Positions 11,501 to 24,669 of a DNA stretch of 64,000 nucleotides are shown piece after piece. This stretch comes from Amphiscolops sp. MND2022 (taxonomy: Eukaryota). The notes beneath the pieces are model-generated. The model did no database searches. It was given only the letters and a program-made list of their open reading frames with translations, and was not told where the DNA came from. Position numbers and translations under genes: made by a program. Each line of letters starts with the position of its first letter. The first letter of the stretch is position 1. The stretch is from the NCBI GenBank assembly GCA_964187785.1, contig OZ076409.1:75518001-75582000 (forward strand), in the 5' to 3' direction.

Positions 11501-13715
11501 CGGGGAAGTCAGGCCCGTTCCGATCGGACCTGTAGTCTTGGAGAAATAACGGTATTTTTGGGGAACCTTTTCTAACGGTCCAGCTTATCTTTGCCATTTT
11601 TTCGAAAATGTACTCGCCTAAAGGCCTCCCCCTGGCCGAATTTACTCCCAGCAAAACCATTTGGCCCTAAATACGGAGTTTCAGCGTTCCAGCATTCCCG
11701 GGCGAAAAGTTGTGGGACTTGGAAAATTTTCAAAAATTTTCAAAAATTTTTTTTTTTCGTTTTCCGGGCCCCCAATGAAGGGGAAACGACCCCCCAACCA
11801 GTATTTTGAGTGAATTCATGTGGAAAGCCCTTGTTTTGACGAGAAAAATACCGTTTAGAACATCTTTTTATCTTGACTCAACGTTGACTTATGACGTTTT
11901 GAATGTGATGTAAGGATGTAGGAGGCATGTGATAAGTTGATGTTTTGAGCCTTATCTCATATGAAAGCGGTTGAGATGCAAGCTGTCCTGCTCAAAACGT
12001 CTTTCGTTGTAATTTTGCAGTGCAACAATACCCTTTGGTGTCATATAAACATACTTTTTGTCGATATATTAACAATTTTAATGTATTTATTCCAATTTTT
12101 ATTATCTTATAACTCAAAACAGTTGAGTACATTTCATCTCCCTTTCGGGGGAGATGAGAATGTACTCGCTAAAGACCTAGCGCCATGACCAAAAGTTTGA
12201 AACCCACGTTTTTTATCTTCTTACAGACTTGTTTTTGTATTTTTTCGGAATTTTTTAAAAATTAATATACTTGAAATACATTACTTGACTTTACTACTAC
12301 AACCCACCTCCAACGACAACGCCCCCCTGCTTGCATCAACGCCCACCGTCCGTGGGCATGCCGAGGCATGCCCTTCGACGACGTATGCCAAATGCCCAGT
12401 GCCACGCAGTCATTATCGCTAGGTGCCGGTGTTTTTTTACACAAAGGGGGATGTTGCGCGTGTGGGGAGGGTCCCTGACGCGCTCCCGGGATTTCGGATT
12501 TTTTAACCTTTACGTACCCATCAAATATTTTGGGATCTCGAAAACTAGCCGTACGATTTGGCTGAAATTTGGCACACGTACCCCCCTCGGCACGGTGAAG
12601 ATGATTCCCTACTGACGTTTTGCTCGCTAAACATTTTTTGTTGACCAAAATAACGGTTTTTGGGGTAAAATTTTCAATTTTTTTTAAATTTCATCTTATA
12701 TCTCGCCACGGGTACACGCTAGCGCTTCCAAACCTTGCTGACGAAACCTTGCAAACTGTCTCAGGAATGCTGTGTGAAATTTTCAGCTCAATCGGACTTA
12801 AACTCGGGGAGATATAGCGTTTTTCCGGAGCGGGGGGGTTTCATTTTTCTAACGGTCCAGCTTATCTTTGCCATTTTTTCGAAAATGCACTCGCCTAAAG
12901 GCCTCCCCTGGCCGGTTTTATTCCCAGCGAAACCATTTGGCCCTGAATACGGAGTTTCAGCGTTCTAGCATTTTCGGGCGAAAAGTTGTGGGACTTAGAA
13001 AATTTCAAAAATTTTCAAAAAAAAATTTTTCCGTTATTTGGGCCCCCAATGTGGGGGAAAGGACCCCCCAACCAGTATTTTGAGTGAATGCATGTGCAAA
13101 GCGCTTGTTTAGAGGAGAAAAATGTCGTTTAGAACGTCTTTTTATCTTTACTCAACGTTGACTTATGACGTTTTGAAAGTGATGTAAAGAGGTGTGAAGC
13201 ACGTGAAAAGTAAACGTTATGAGTATTTATTTGATCTGAAAGCCATTCAGATGCAATCTGATTTGCCCAAAACGTAATTCATTTCAGTTTGGCAGTCAAT
13301 CAACACCCTTTGTTGTCGTTTGACATATTTTTTTGTTGATATAATAAAAAATTTTGTGTATTTATTTATTTTTTTCTCATCAAATAACTTGAAACAGTTG
13401 AGTACATTCCATCTCCCTTCCCGGGGGAGATGAGAATGTACTCGCAAAAAGCCCCGAACTATGGCCCTTACCTTCCCGAGCTACGCAGTATAAAGATTGC
13501 ATATTGGTTTCGACATTTTGATAGAGTTATATCTTGGTAATCTGTCTGGATATGCAGAAAAATCAGCACGTGCCTTTTTATACCAAGTTGCTCACAACGA
13601 CAATTATTTTATATCAACGCCCCCATATTTATCAACGCCCCCCGTCCGTGGGCATGCCGAGGCATGCCCTTCGACGACGTGCACCAAGATATACCCCGAA
13701 CGCGGTAGCGGCTAG
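8581..13715. repeat. Family A units 7-10
   Basis: Units 8581-9867, 9868-11156, 11157-12422 and 12423-13715 carry the family A blocks. Confidence 0.95.
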
Positions 13716-16273
13716 GTGCCCAAATCCATCGATTTACCTTCATTTTGAGGGCGGGGTAGGGCCCACGCCCGGTTCAACAGGCTTTAGACTGACAACGTTA
13801 AGCCATTTCGCAAAATGGAAGCGATTTTCTAAACGAGCCGTCAGATTTTGCTGAAATTTTGCATGCGGCTTCCTCTAGCAATTCTAAGAACTAATCCCTA
13901 CTGGCGTTTTGCCCGGAAAATTTTTTTTGTTGACTTATAGACAATTTTAGGTCCAAAAAATGGCGTTTTTTTGGAAAAATTTTTTTTAAGAGCCTATATC
14001 TCGCTCCCAGGTGCCCGTAGCGACCAGACCTCGGACGGTACTATTGCTGGGCACTTCGTAAGGAGCCCGTAGACAAATTTTCGTACAGATCGGATAAAAA
14101 TTGATAGAGTAATAGCCGCCGATTTGGCGAATTTTTTCGACATTTTTCGAAATCCCAGTCTATCTCTGCCGTTTTTTGCCCAGATTTTTTTCCAGGACCT
14201 CTCCTAAAGACCTCCCCTGGCCGGTTTACCTCCCAAAAAAACCATTTGGCCCTTTTGCCGCAGTTTCAGCGTTCCAGGATTCCCCGGGTAAAAGTAAAAT
14301 GTCTTAGAATTTTTTCGAAAAATTTTCAAAAATTTTTTTTTCAACTTCAGGCCTCCCAAAGTCAAGAAACGTCCACACAACTAGTATTGCAAGTGGATGC
14401 ATGTGGAAAGTGCTCGAATAGACGAGAAAAATGAGCTATTATAAACCTCTGTAGCTCAACCTGACGTTGACTTATGACAATTTTAATGTGAGCTTGCTAT
14501 GTGAGAAAAAATTTCAAAAATTGAAAATTGAAGCTAAGTCTCATCCAAAACTCATCCGAATACGTTCAATCCATCCCAAAGCGGTTTATTTCCAGCTATA
14601 GAGTGCAGCAACACCGTTCAAGGTCATTTGACCCATTTTAATAGGTTTTGACTCTGTCTTATCCATCCGAAAGTTCGAAACAGTTAAGTACATTCCATCT
14701 CCCCTCCGTGGGAGATGGTAATGTACTCGCAAAAAGCCAAGTATTACCACCCTATTCTATCCGTAGTGGTGCTAGAAATGCAGTAGCGGGAGCGCCAGGC
14801 TGTTTACAGTAGCTTTTATGGGTGTTGTGACTATGTATTACAAATCTAACTATGTTACTGAACGTGAAAAAGTTGTTTCAATCCAGTTTTTTCCCACATT
14901 TTTTTATGTCATCAATAAAGATATATCCATGCATTTACTACTACCTACCCCATCACCCGCCCCCTCCACTATCTGTTCAACCGTGCACGTCTAGGTGCCA
15001 AGCTTTGACCAGCAACCCAACTCTTTGAGGGCGGGGTAGGGCCCCCAGCCCGAACATAAGGCTTTAGACTTTCAACGTAAGGCCGATGGTACTACCTAAT
15101 AGCGATTTCGAAAACGGCCCGTCAGATTTTGCTCAAATTTTGCATACGGCTTCCTATACCAATCCTAAGAACTATTTCCTACTGGCGTTTTGCCCAAAAA
15201 AATTTTTTTGTGGGTCAAAATCTTAGTTTTTTGGTCAAAAAATGGCATTTTTTTGGAAAAAAATTTTTTAAGAGTCAATATCTCGTCCCACAGGCCCCGG
15301 ATCAAAAAGTGTACAATTGTTCGTTTGTTAGGCACTTCATGAACTGTCCGTAGACAAATTTTCGTCCAGATCGGAATAAAATTGACTGAGTAATAAAAAA
15401 CTTTGAAAGTGATTTTGACGTCATTTTTCGAAAACCTAGTCTATCTCTGCCGTTTTTTGCCCAGATTTTTTTCCAGGACCTCTCCTAAAGGCCTCCCCTG
15501 GCCGGTTTACCTCCCAGAAAAACCATTTGGCCCTTTTGCCGCAGTTTCAGCGTTCCAGGATTCCTTGAGTAAAGTAAAATGACTTAGAATTTTTTCGAAA
15601 AATTTTCAATAAAAAATTTTTTTTTCTTCAGGCCTCCCAAAGTCAAGAATTGTCCACACAACTAGTATTGCAAGTGGATGCATGTGGAAAGTGCTCGAAT
15701 AGACGAGAAAAATGAGCTATTATAAACCTCTGTAGCTTAATCTGACGTTGACTTATGACAATTTTAGTGTGAGCTTGCTATGTGAGAAAAAATTTCAAAA
15801 ATTGAAAATGGGAACTAAGTCTCATCCAAAACTCATCCGAATACGTTCAATCCATCCCAAATCGGTTTATTTTCAGCTGTTCAGTGCAGCAACACCATTA
15901 AAGGTCATTTAACCCACATTTATAAGTTTTGACACCGTCTTATCCATCCGAAAGTTCGAAACAGTTAAGTACATTCCATCTCCCCTCCGTGGGAGATGGT
16001 AATGTACTCGCAAAAAGCCAAGTACTATCGCCCCATTCTACCCGTAGTGGTGCTAGAAATGCAGTAGCGGGAGCGCCAGGCTGTTTAAAGTAGCCTTTAC
16101 GGGTGTTGTGACTGTATAACAAATCTAACTATGTTACTGAACGTGAAAAAGTTGTTTCAATCCAGTTTTTTCCCACATTTTTTTATGTCATCAATAAAGA
16201 TATATCCATGCATTTACTACTACCTACCCCATCACCCGCCCCCTCCACTATCTGTTCAACCGTACACGTCTAG
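13716..16273. repeat. Two family A variant units (1279 bp each) with an alternative terminus lacking the GGGCATGCC palindrome
   Basis: Units 13716-14994 and 14995-16273 keep the internal A blocks but end CCTACCCCATCACCCGCCCCCTCCACTATCTGTTCAACCGT(G/A)CACGTCTAG. Confidence 0.93.
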
Positions 16274-18246
16274 GTGCGGGGGGGTAACCCCTACAAAGAT
16301 ATTGGAGGATTCGGGTAGGGTCCTGAATCCGAGTTCAGTGCTGCCAGCTATCGTTAGGGATTTTAGAAAATTTTGCCGATCTCGTGATCTAACCGTAGGA
16401 TTTTAAAGTTGGAGCGGCCCCCACCTGATTTTCCAAAGTTATTCGCCCCCCACCGGGTTCCAGCGTGATTGAAATATTTTGACGGGGTACACGGGCGACC
16501 GTTAGGGGTCATTTTGGGGGTAAAATTTATATCCGGTCGCATAACTTTTTTCCTGTTGGTTTAAAACTTTGAGACCCTGCTAAAAGTTTCTTGACCGTGT
16601 TGCAGTGGCTCCGGAGGTCCAAACCAAATTTTTCTATCTTGAAGCTATCTCCAAGTACCCCCCCGCCCAAACCGTTATTTTTCCGGAAACGCAGGTTTTT
16701 GACCCGGAAGGAGTCGTCTGAGCGCGGGGTCGTTAGGTGATGTATTGGGGACGGCCTTGAGACGAAGCGGGGGACATGTAGTTTGCCGACCCCTGTTTAC
16801 CCCCCGGACGGGAAATGACCGTTATTTGAGCGGGAAAAATGCCCCCCTCCACGTTTTACCGCTATTTCCGGTGTGAAGGAGTGGGAGTAGCGCGTCGGGT
16901 GTTATATAACAAAAGTAGGTTTAGACAAGGACCTATCGGAAACATGTAGTTTGAGACCCCCTGGACCAACCCGTTAGCGGGAAATGGGGCTTCCGCCTCC
17001 TTTTTTTACTGCTAAAACCGTAAAATGGGCATTGAGGGGTAAATATCTCGTGAACGCGTGGAGCTACAGTGTCCATCACTACTACAAGGTTTCACACCCA
17101 TGATATGGTGCCTTCAGGGGGGCAAACAGATTTCCGCTATCTATCACCGTTACCGACTTGCCCCCCCAGCCTAACCGCTATGTGACCGGAAATGTCACTT
17201 TTTGAGCCCAAAGGGTCGGTCCCAGCCGGGGAACGTTAGGTAACTTATTGTAGTGCTAATTGAGACGAGTTGGGGGATATAGTTTCAGTCACCCCCCGTT
17301 ACCCCTTAGGACCGGAAATGACCGTTATGTGGGTAAAATTGCAATTTTTATACTTTTTCAAGTGTATTTAGGTGCGGAAGGAGTGGTAATAGGTGCTTGG
17401 ACACTATATGAAGGAAGGGAGGACGTGAGGCGAGCATTCGAAAATAACCGTTATGTTGACCCCGAAGTCCCCCTGGTACCGGAAGTGACCCGTAATGGTC
17501 AAATTTCGTGTTTTTAGGGTACAAATATTTGGTGTTTTATGGATAACAGTGCCTATTAGGTGTTTCGACGGTCTGCAGTCGTGAACATAGTTATGAAACC
17601 TTGTGGGGGGTAACGGTATATAGCACCGGAAGTCCAAACCGTTGGAGACAGGATAAGTTTTTTGGTTTTAAATGTCTTTCGGCCTACTTTTGTCGACTAT
17701 TATGGACTATTTTTGGAAAATAAAGTTTTTCCATATAGTTTCAGAGACTCCGAAACCTCAACCAACATAACCGTTACCTTATGATAGCCTTTCAAGTTGG
17801 CCTGGTGTCAACTTGGAAGGGCTATCCTTCAAAAATCATTAATCCAGTGTGTTTTTGAGTATGCTTGTTTTACTTTAGAATCAATTAGAGCTTCAAGAAA
17901 AGATTGCCAACGACAAAAACTATGTCGTGATGATTCCGTTATTAGAATAATAGTTACCAAAATGTTGATAAAGTTGATTTTTTACATTTCAAATATGTCC
18001 TAAATGCCAAAAAACCTATTTACCAAACAAATGGAATTGATTGAATTGTATATAGAAGCTAATAAAAGTTCAAATTGAATATTACATTTCATTATGCAAG
18101 CTGAAACGTCAAATTATAGTTTAATTAACGTCAACGCCACGTACTTTACATCAACGCCCACCGTCCGTAGGCATGCCGAGGCATGCCTTTCGACGACGTA
18201 TACCAAATTCCACCCACACAACACCCTCGAGCGCGGTAGCCGCTAG
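16274..18246. mobile_element. Family B unit (1973 bp)
   Basis: Homologous to 6615-8580. Its last bases (CGAGCGCGGTAGCCGCTAG) are of the family A type. Confidence 0.7.
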
Positions 18247-20832
18247 GTGCCGGGATTTCTATTCGATAAAGTATGTGGCGCGTGTGGGTAGGGTCCCTGG
18301 CGCGCTCTTGGGTATGGTGTTCACCAGCTAGGAAATAGGGGTCGATTTTTCGGGATCTCGTAAACTAGCCGTACGATTTGGCTGAAATTTGGCACACGTA
18401 CCCCCCTCGGCACGGTGAAGATGATTCCCTACTGACGTTTTGCTCGCTAAACATTTTTTGTTGACCAAAATAACGGTTTTTGGGGTAAAATTTTCAACTT
18501 TTTTTAAATTTCATCTTATATCTCGCCACGGGTACACGCTAGCGCTTTCAAACCTTGCCGACGAAAGTTTGCAAACTGTCTCAGGAATGCTGTGTGAAAT
18601 TTTCAGCTCAATCGGACTAAAACACGAGGAGATATAGCGTTTTTCCGGAGCGGGGGGGGGGGTTTAATTTTTCTAACGGTCCAGCTTATCTTTGCCATTT
18701 TTCCGAAAATGTAATCGCCTAAAGGCCTCCCCTGGCCGGTTTTATTCCCAGCAAAACCATTTGGCCCTAAATACGGAGTTTCAGCGTTCCAGCATTCCCG
18801 GGCGAAAAGTTGTGGGACTTAGAAAATTTCAAAAATTTTCAAAATTTTTTTTTTCCGTTATTTGGGCCCCCAAAGTGGGGGAAAAGACCCCCCAACCAGT
18901 AAAGCAAGTGAATGCATGTGCAAAGCCCTTGTTTGGACGAGAAAAATGCCGTTTAGAACGTCTTTTTATCTTGGCTCAACGTTGACTTATGACGTTTTGA
19001 AGGTGATGTTTGGAGGTGTAAAGCACGTGAATAGTAAACGTTATGAGTATTTATCTGATCTGAAAGCCATTGAGATGCAATATGGTTTGCTCAAAACGTA
19101 ATTCATGGCAGTTTGGCAATCAATCAACACCCTTTGTTGTCGTTTGACATACTTTTTTGTTGTTATAAAAAAAAATTTTGTGTATTTATTCATTTTTTTC
19201 TCATCAAATAATTTGAAACAGTTGAGTACATTCCATCCCCCCCTTCCGGGGGAGATGAGAATGTACTCGCAAAAAGCACCGAACTACGGCCCTTACCTTC
19301 CCGAGCTACGCAGTATAAGGATTACATATTGGTTCCGACATTTTCATAGAGTTATTTCTTGGTAATCTGTCTGGATATGCCGAAAAATCAGCACGTGCCT
19401 TTTAATACCAAGTTGCTCACAACGACAATTATTTTATATCAACGCCCCCATATTTATCAACGCCCCCCGTCCGTGGGCATGCCGAGGCATGCCCTTCGAC
19501 GACGTATACCAAGATATGCGTTAGCGCGGTAGCTGCTAGGTGCCGGTGTTTTTTTACACAAAGGGGGATGTTGCGCGTGTGGGGAGGGTCCCTGACGCGC
19601 TCCCGGGATTTCGGATTTTTTAACCTTTACGTACCCATCAAAAATTTTGGGATCTCGAAAACTAGCCGTACGATTTGGCTGAAATTTGGCACACGTACCC
19701 CCCTCGGCACGGTGAAGATGATTCCCTACTGACGTTTTGCTCGCTAAACATTTTTTGTTGACCAAAATAACGGTTTTTGGGGTAAAATTTTCAATTTTTT
19801 TTAAATTTCATCTTATATCTCGCCACGGGTACACGCTAGCGCTTCCAAACCTTGCTGACGAAACCTTGCAAACTGTCTCAGGAATGCTGTGTGAAATTTT
19901 CAGCTCAATCGGACTTAAACTCGGGGAGATATAGCGTTTTTCCGGAGCGGGGGGGTTTCATTTTTCTAACGGTCCAGCTTATCTTTGCCATTTTTTCGAA
20001 AATGCACTCGCCTAAAGGCCTCCCCTGGCCGGTTTTATTCCCAGCGAAACCATTTGGCCCTAAATACGGAGTTTCAGCGTTCTAGCATTTTCGGGCGAAA
20101 AGTTGTGGGACTTAGAAAATTTCAAAAATTTTCAAAAAAAATTTTTTCCGTTATTTGGGCCCCCAATGTGGGGGAAAGGACCCCCCAACCAGTATTTTGA
20201 GTGAATGCATGTGCAAAGCGCTTGTTTAGAGGAGAAAAATGTCGTTTAGAACGTCTTTTTATCTTTACTCAACGTTGACTTATGACGTTTTGAAAGTGAT
20301 GTAAAGAGGTGTGAAGCACGTGAAAAGTAAACGTTATGAGTATTTATTTGATCTGAAAGCCATTCAGATGCAATCTGATTTGCCCAAAACGTAATTCATT
20401 TCAGTTTGGCAGTCAATCAACACCCTTTGTTGTCGTTTGACATATTTTTTTGTTGATATAATAAAAAATTTTGTGTATTTATTTATTTTTTTCTCATCAA
20501 ATAACTTGAAACAGTTGAGTACATTCCATCTCCCTTCCCGGGGGAGATGAGAATGTACTCGCAAAAAGCCCCGAACTATGGCCCTTACCTTCTCGAGCTA
20601 CGCAGTATAAAGATTGCATATTGGTTTCGACATTTTGATAGAGTTATATCTTGGTAATCTGTCTGGATATGCAGAAAAATCAGCACGTGCCTTTTTATAC
20701 CAAGTTGCTCACAACGACAATTATTTTATATCAACGCCCCCATATTTATCAACGCCCCCCGTCCGTGGGCATGCCGAGGCATGCCCTTCGACGACGTGCA
20801 CCAAGATATACCCCGAACGCGGTAGCGGCTAG
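18247..20832. repeat. Family A units 14-15
   Basis: The body of 18247-19539 matches 4053-5345 but has a different head. Unit 19540-20832 is near-identical to 12423-13715. Confidence 0.95.
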
Positions 20833-22111
20833 GTGCCAAGCTTTGACCAGCAACCCAACTCTTTGAGGGCGGGGTAGGGCCCCCAGCCCGAACATAAGGC
20901 TTTAGACTTTCAACGTAAGGCCGATGGTACTACCTAATAGCGATTTCGAAAACGGCCCGTCAGATTTTGCTCAAATTTTGCATACGGCTTCCTATACCAA
21001 TCCTAAGAACTATTTCCTACTGGCGTTTTGCCCAAAAAAATTTTTTTGTGGGTCAAAATCTTAGTTTTTTGGTCAAAAAATGGCATTTTTTTGGAAAAAA
21101 ATTTTTTAAGAGTCAATATCTCGTCCCACAGGCCCCGGATCAAAAAGTGTACAATTGTTCGTTTGTTAGGCACTTCATGAACTGTCCGTAGACAAATTTT
21201 CGTCCAGATCGGAATAAAATTGACTGAGTAATAAAAAACTTTGAAAGTGATTTTGACGACATTTTTCGAAAACCTAGTCTATCTCTGCCGTTTTTTGCCC
21301 AGATTTTTTTCCAGGACCTCTCCTAAAGGCCTCCCCTGGCCGGTTTACCTCCCAGAAAAACCATTTGGCCCTTTTGCCGCAGTTTCAGCGTTCCAGGATT
21401 CCTTGAGTAAAGTAAAATGACTTAGAATTTTTTCGAAAAATTTTCAATAAAAAATTTTTTTTTCTTCAGGCCTCCCAAAGTCAAGAATTGTCCACACAAC
21501 TAGTATTGCAAGTGGATGCATGTGGAAAGTGCTCGAATAGACGAGAAAAATGAGCTATTATAAACCTCTGTAGCTTAATCTGACGTTGACTTATGACAAT
21601 TTTAGTGTGAGCTTGCTATGTGAGAAAAAATTTCAAAAATTGAAAATGGGAACTAAGTCTCATCCAAAACTCATCCGAATACGTTCAATCCATCCCAAAT
21701 CGGTTTATTTCCAGCTGCTCAGTGCAGCAACACCATTAAAGGTCATTTAACCCACATTTATAAGTTTTGACACCGTCTTATCCATCCGAAAGTTCGAAAC
21801 AGTTAAGTACATTCCATCTCCCCTCCGTGGGAGATGGTAATGTACTCGCAAAAAGCCAAGTACTATCGCCCCATTCTACCCGTAGTGGTGCTAGAAATGC
21901 AGTAGCGGGAGCGCCAGGCTGTTTAAAGTAGCCTTTACGGGTGTTGTGACTGTATAACAAATCTAACTATGTTACTGAACGTGAAAAAGTTGTTTCAATC
22001 CAGTTTTTTCCCACATTTTTTTATGTCATCAATAAAGATATATCCATGCATTTACTACTACCTACCCCATCACCCGCCCCCTCCACTATCTGTTCAACCG
22101 TACACGTCTAG
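20833..22111. repeat. Family A variant unit with alternative terminus
   Basis: Near-identical to 14995-16273 and the same length (1279 bp). Confidence 0.93.
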
Positions 22112-24669
22112 GTGGCCGTGTCTTTTCGACGTGCTTTTGCATCGAGGAGTGGGTAGGGCCCCGCGACGACCTAGAAGAATTGGATGCTCACCGAAACGTG
22201 CAGAATTCTACGAGATCTCATAGTTTGAGCCATACGATTTTTCTGAAATTTGGCATGTGGCCTGGAATTGGTGAGTAGGTAAAACGTGTAGGAGGTAATT
22301 TTTCCCAAATTCCATTGTGAGAGGAGATATGGGCAAATAACGGACCCAAAAATGGGGAAAATGCACTTTTTTCAAGTTTGTCAGCCAAAATCTCATTTCC
22401 AGGTGCCCGTAGCGTCCCGCACGTGGACGTCAATATTGCTCAGCGCTGTTAGAGGAGTGCGTGGACAAATTTTGGTTGAAATCGGACGAAAACGTGAGGA
22501 GAAATTAACGGTTTTCCGGGTGTTTCCGGGTTAAAATTTTTAACGGTCCAGCTTATCTTTGCCATTTTTTCGAAAATGTACTTGCCTAAAGGCCTCCCCC
22601 TGGCCGAATTTCCTCCCAGCAAACCCATTTGGCCCTAAATACGGAGTTTCAGCGTTCCAGCATTTCCGGGCGAAAAGTTGTGGGACTTAGAAAAATTTCA
22701 AAATTTTTCAAAAAATTTTTTTTCGTTTTCCGGGCCCCCAATGAAGGGGAACGACCCCCCAACCAGTATTTTGAGTGATTGCATATCGAAAGCCCTTGTT
22801 TTGACGAGAAAAATACCGTTTCGAACATCTTTTTATTTTAACTTGGCGTTGACTTATGACGTTTTGAATGTGATGTTAGGATGTGTGAGGCATGTGAAAA
22901 GTTGATGTTTTGAGTATTTATCTCATGTGAAAGCGATTGAGATACAAGCTGTTTCGCTCAAAACGGGTTTCATCGTAATTTCGCAGTGCATCATTGACCT
23001 TTGTTGTCTTTTGAAGAATTTTTTCTTCATATAACAACAATTTTGGTGTGTTTCTTCCAATTTTTCTCATCTTCTAATTTGAAACAGTTGAGTACATTTC
23101 ATCTCCCTTTCGGGGGAGATGAGAATGTACTCGCTAAAAACCTAGTGCTTTTGCGCCGCAATGTTTGCAAAAGTTGTTATTATTGCTGTTCCATCAGCAT
23201 TTTCTAACTGACTTTTTTAAAACTATCAATTAACTTGAAGTACATTACTTGAACTTACTACTAATACCATACATCTCTAACGACAACGCACCCTGCTTGC
23301 ATCAACGCCCACCGTCCGTGGGCATGCCGAGGCATGCCCTTCGACGACGTATGCCAAATACCAAATGCCACGCTGTCATTATCGCTAGGTGGCCGTGTCT
23401 TTTCGACGTGCTTTTGCATCGAGGAGTGGGTAGGGCCCCGCGACGACCTAGAAGAATTGGATGCTCACCGAAACGTGCAGAATTCTACGAGATCTCATAG
23501 TTTGAGCCATACGATTTTTCTGAAATTTGGCATGTGGCCTGGAATTGGTGAGTAGGTAAAACGTGTAGAAGGTAATTTTTCCCAAATTCCACTGTGAGAG
23601 GAGATATGGGCAAATAACGGACCCAAAAATGGCAAAAGTGCACATTTTTCAACTTTGTCAGCCAATATCTCATTTCCAGGTGCCCGTAGCGTTCCGCACG
23701 TGGACATCAATATTGCTCAGCGCTGTTGGAGGAGTGGGTGGACAAATTTTGGTTGAAATCGGACTTAAACTTGACGAGAAATTAACGGTTTTTTGGGCGT
23801 TTCCGGGGTAAATTTTTTAACGGTCCAGCTTATCTTTGCCATTTTTTCGAAAATGTACATGCCTAAAGGCCTCCCCCTGGCCGAATTTACTCCCAGCAAA
23901 CCCATTTGGCCCTAAATACGGAGTTTCAGCGTTCCAGCATTCCGGGGCGGAAAGTTGTGGGACTTGGAAAAATTTCAAATTTTTTTCAAAATTTTTTTTC
24001 CCGTTTTCCGGGCCCCCAATGAAGGGGAACGACCCCCCAACCAGTATTTTGAGTGAATTCATGTGGAACGCCCATGTTTGGAGGAGAAAAATGCCGTTTA
24101 GAACATCTTTTTATCTTAACTTGACATTGACTTATGACGTTTTGAATGTGATGTTAGGATATATGAAGCATGTTAAAAGTTGAAGTTTTGAGTCTTTATC
24201 TCATCGGAAAACCATTGAGATACAAGCAGTTTTGCTAAAAACGATTTTCATTGTAGGTTAGCAGAGTATTAGTACACTTTGATGTCATTTGAGTATTTTT
24301 TTCTTCTATATAATAACTGTTTTTATGTATTTATTCCAATTTATCTCATCTTTTAACATCAAGCAGTTGAGTACATTTCATCTCCCTTTCGGGGGAGATG
24401 AGAATGTACTCGCTAAAAAACTAATGCTTTGGCGCCAATGTTTGGATGGGAAGTTTTCTATGTTTTGAAAAAAGTTATTTTTAATTACTTGATTTTTTAA
24501 AACAATAATTAACATGAAGTACATTACTTGCTCCTACTACTACCACCATACATCTCTAACGTCAACGCCCCCTGCTTGCATCAACGCCCCATCGTCCGTG
24601 GGCATGCCGAGGCATGCCCTTCGACGACGTATGCCAAATGCCCAGTGCCACACAGTCTTTCCCCGCTAG
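22112..24669. repeat. Family A units 17-18 (GTGGCCGTGTC-head subtype)
   Basis: Units 22112-23388 and 23389-24669 share a head but have diverged 3' halves. Confidence 0.94.
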
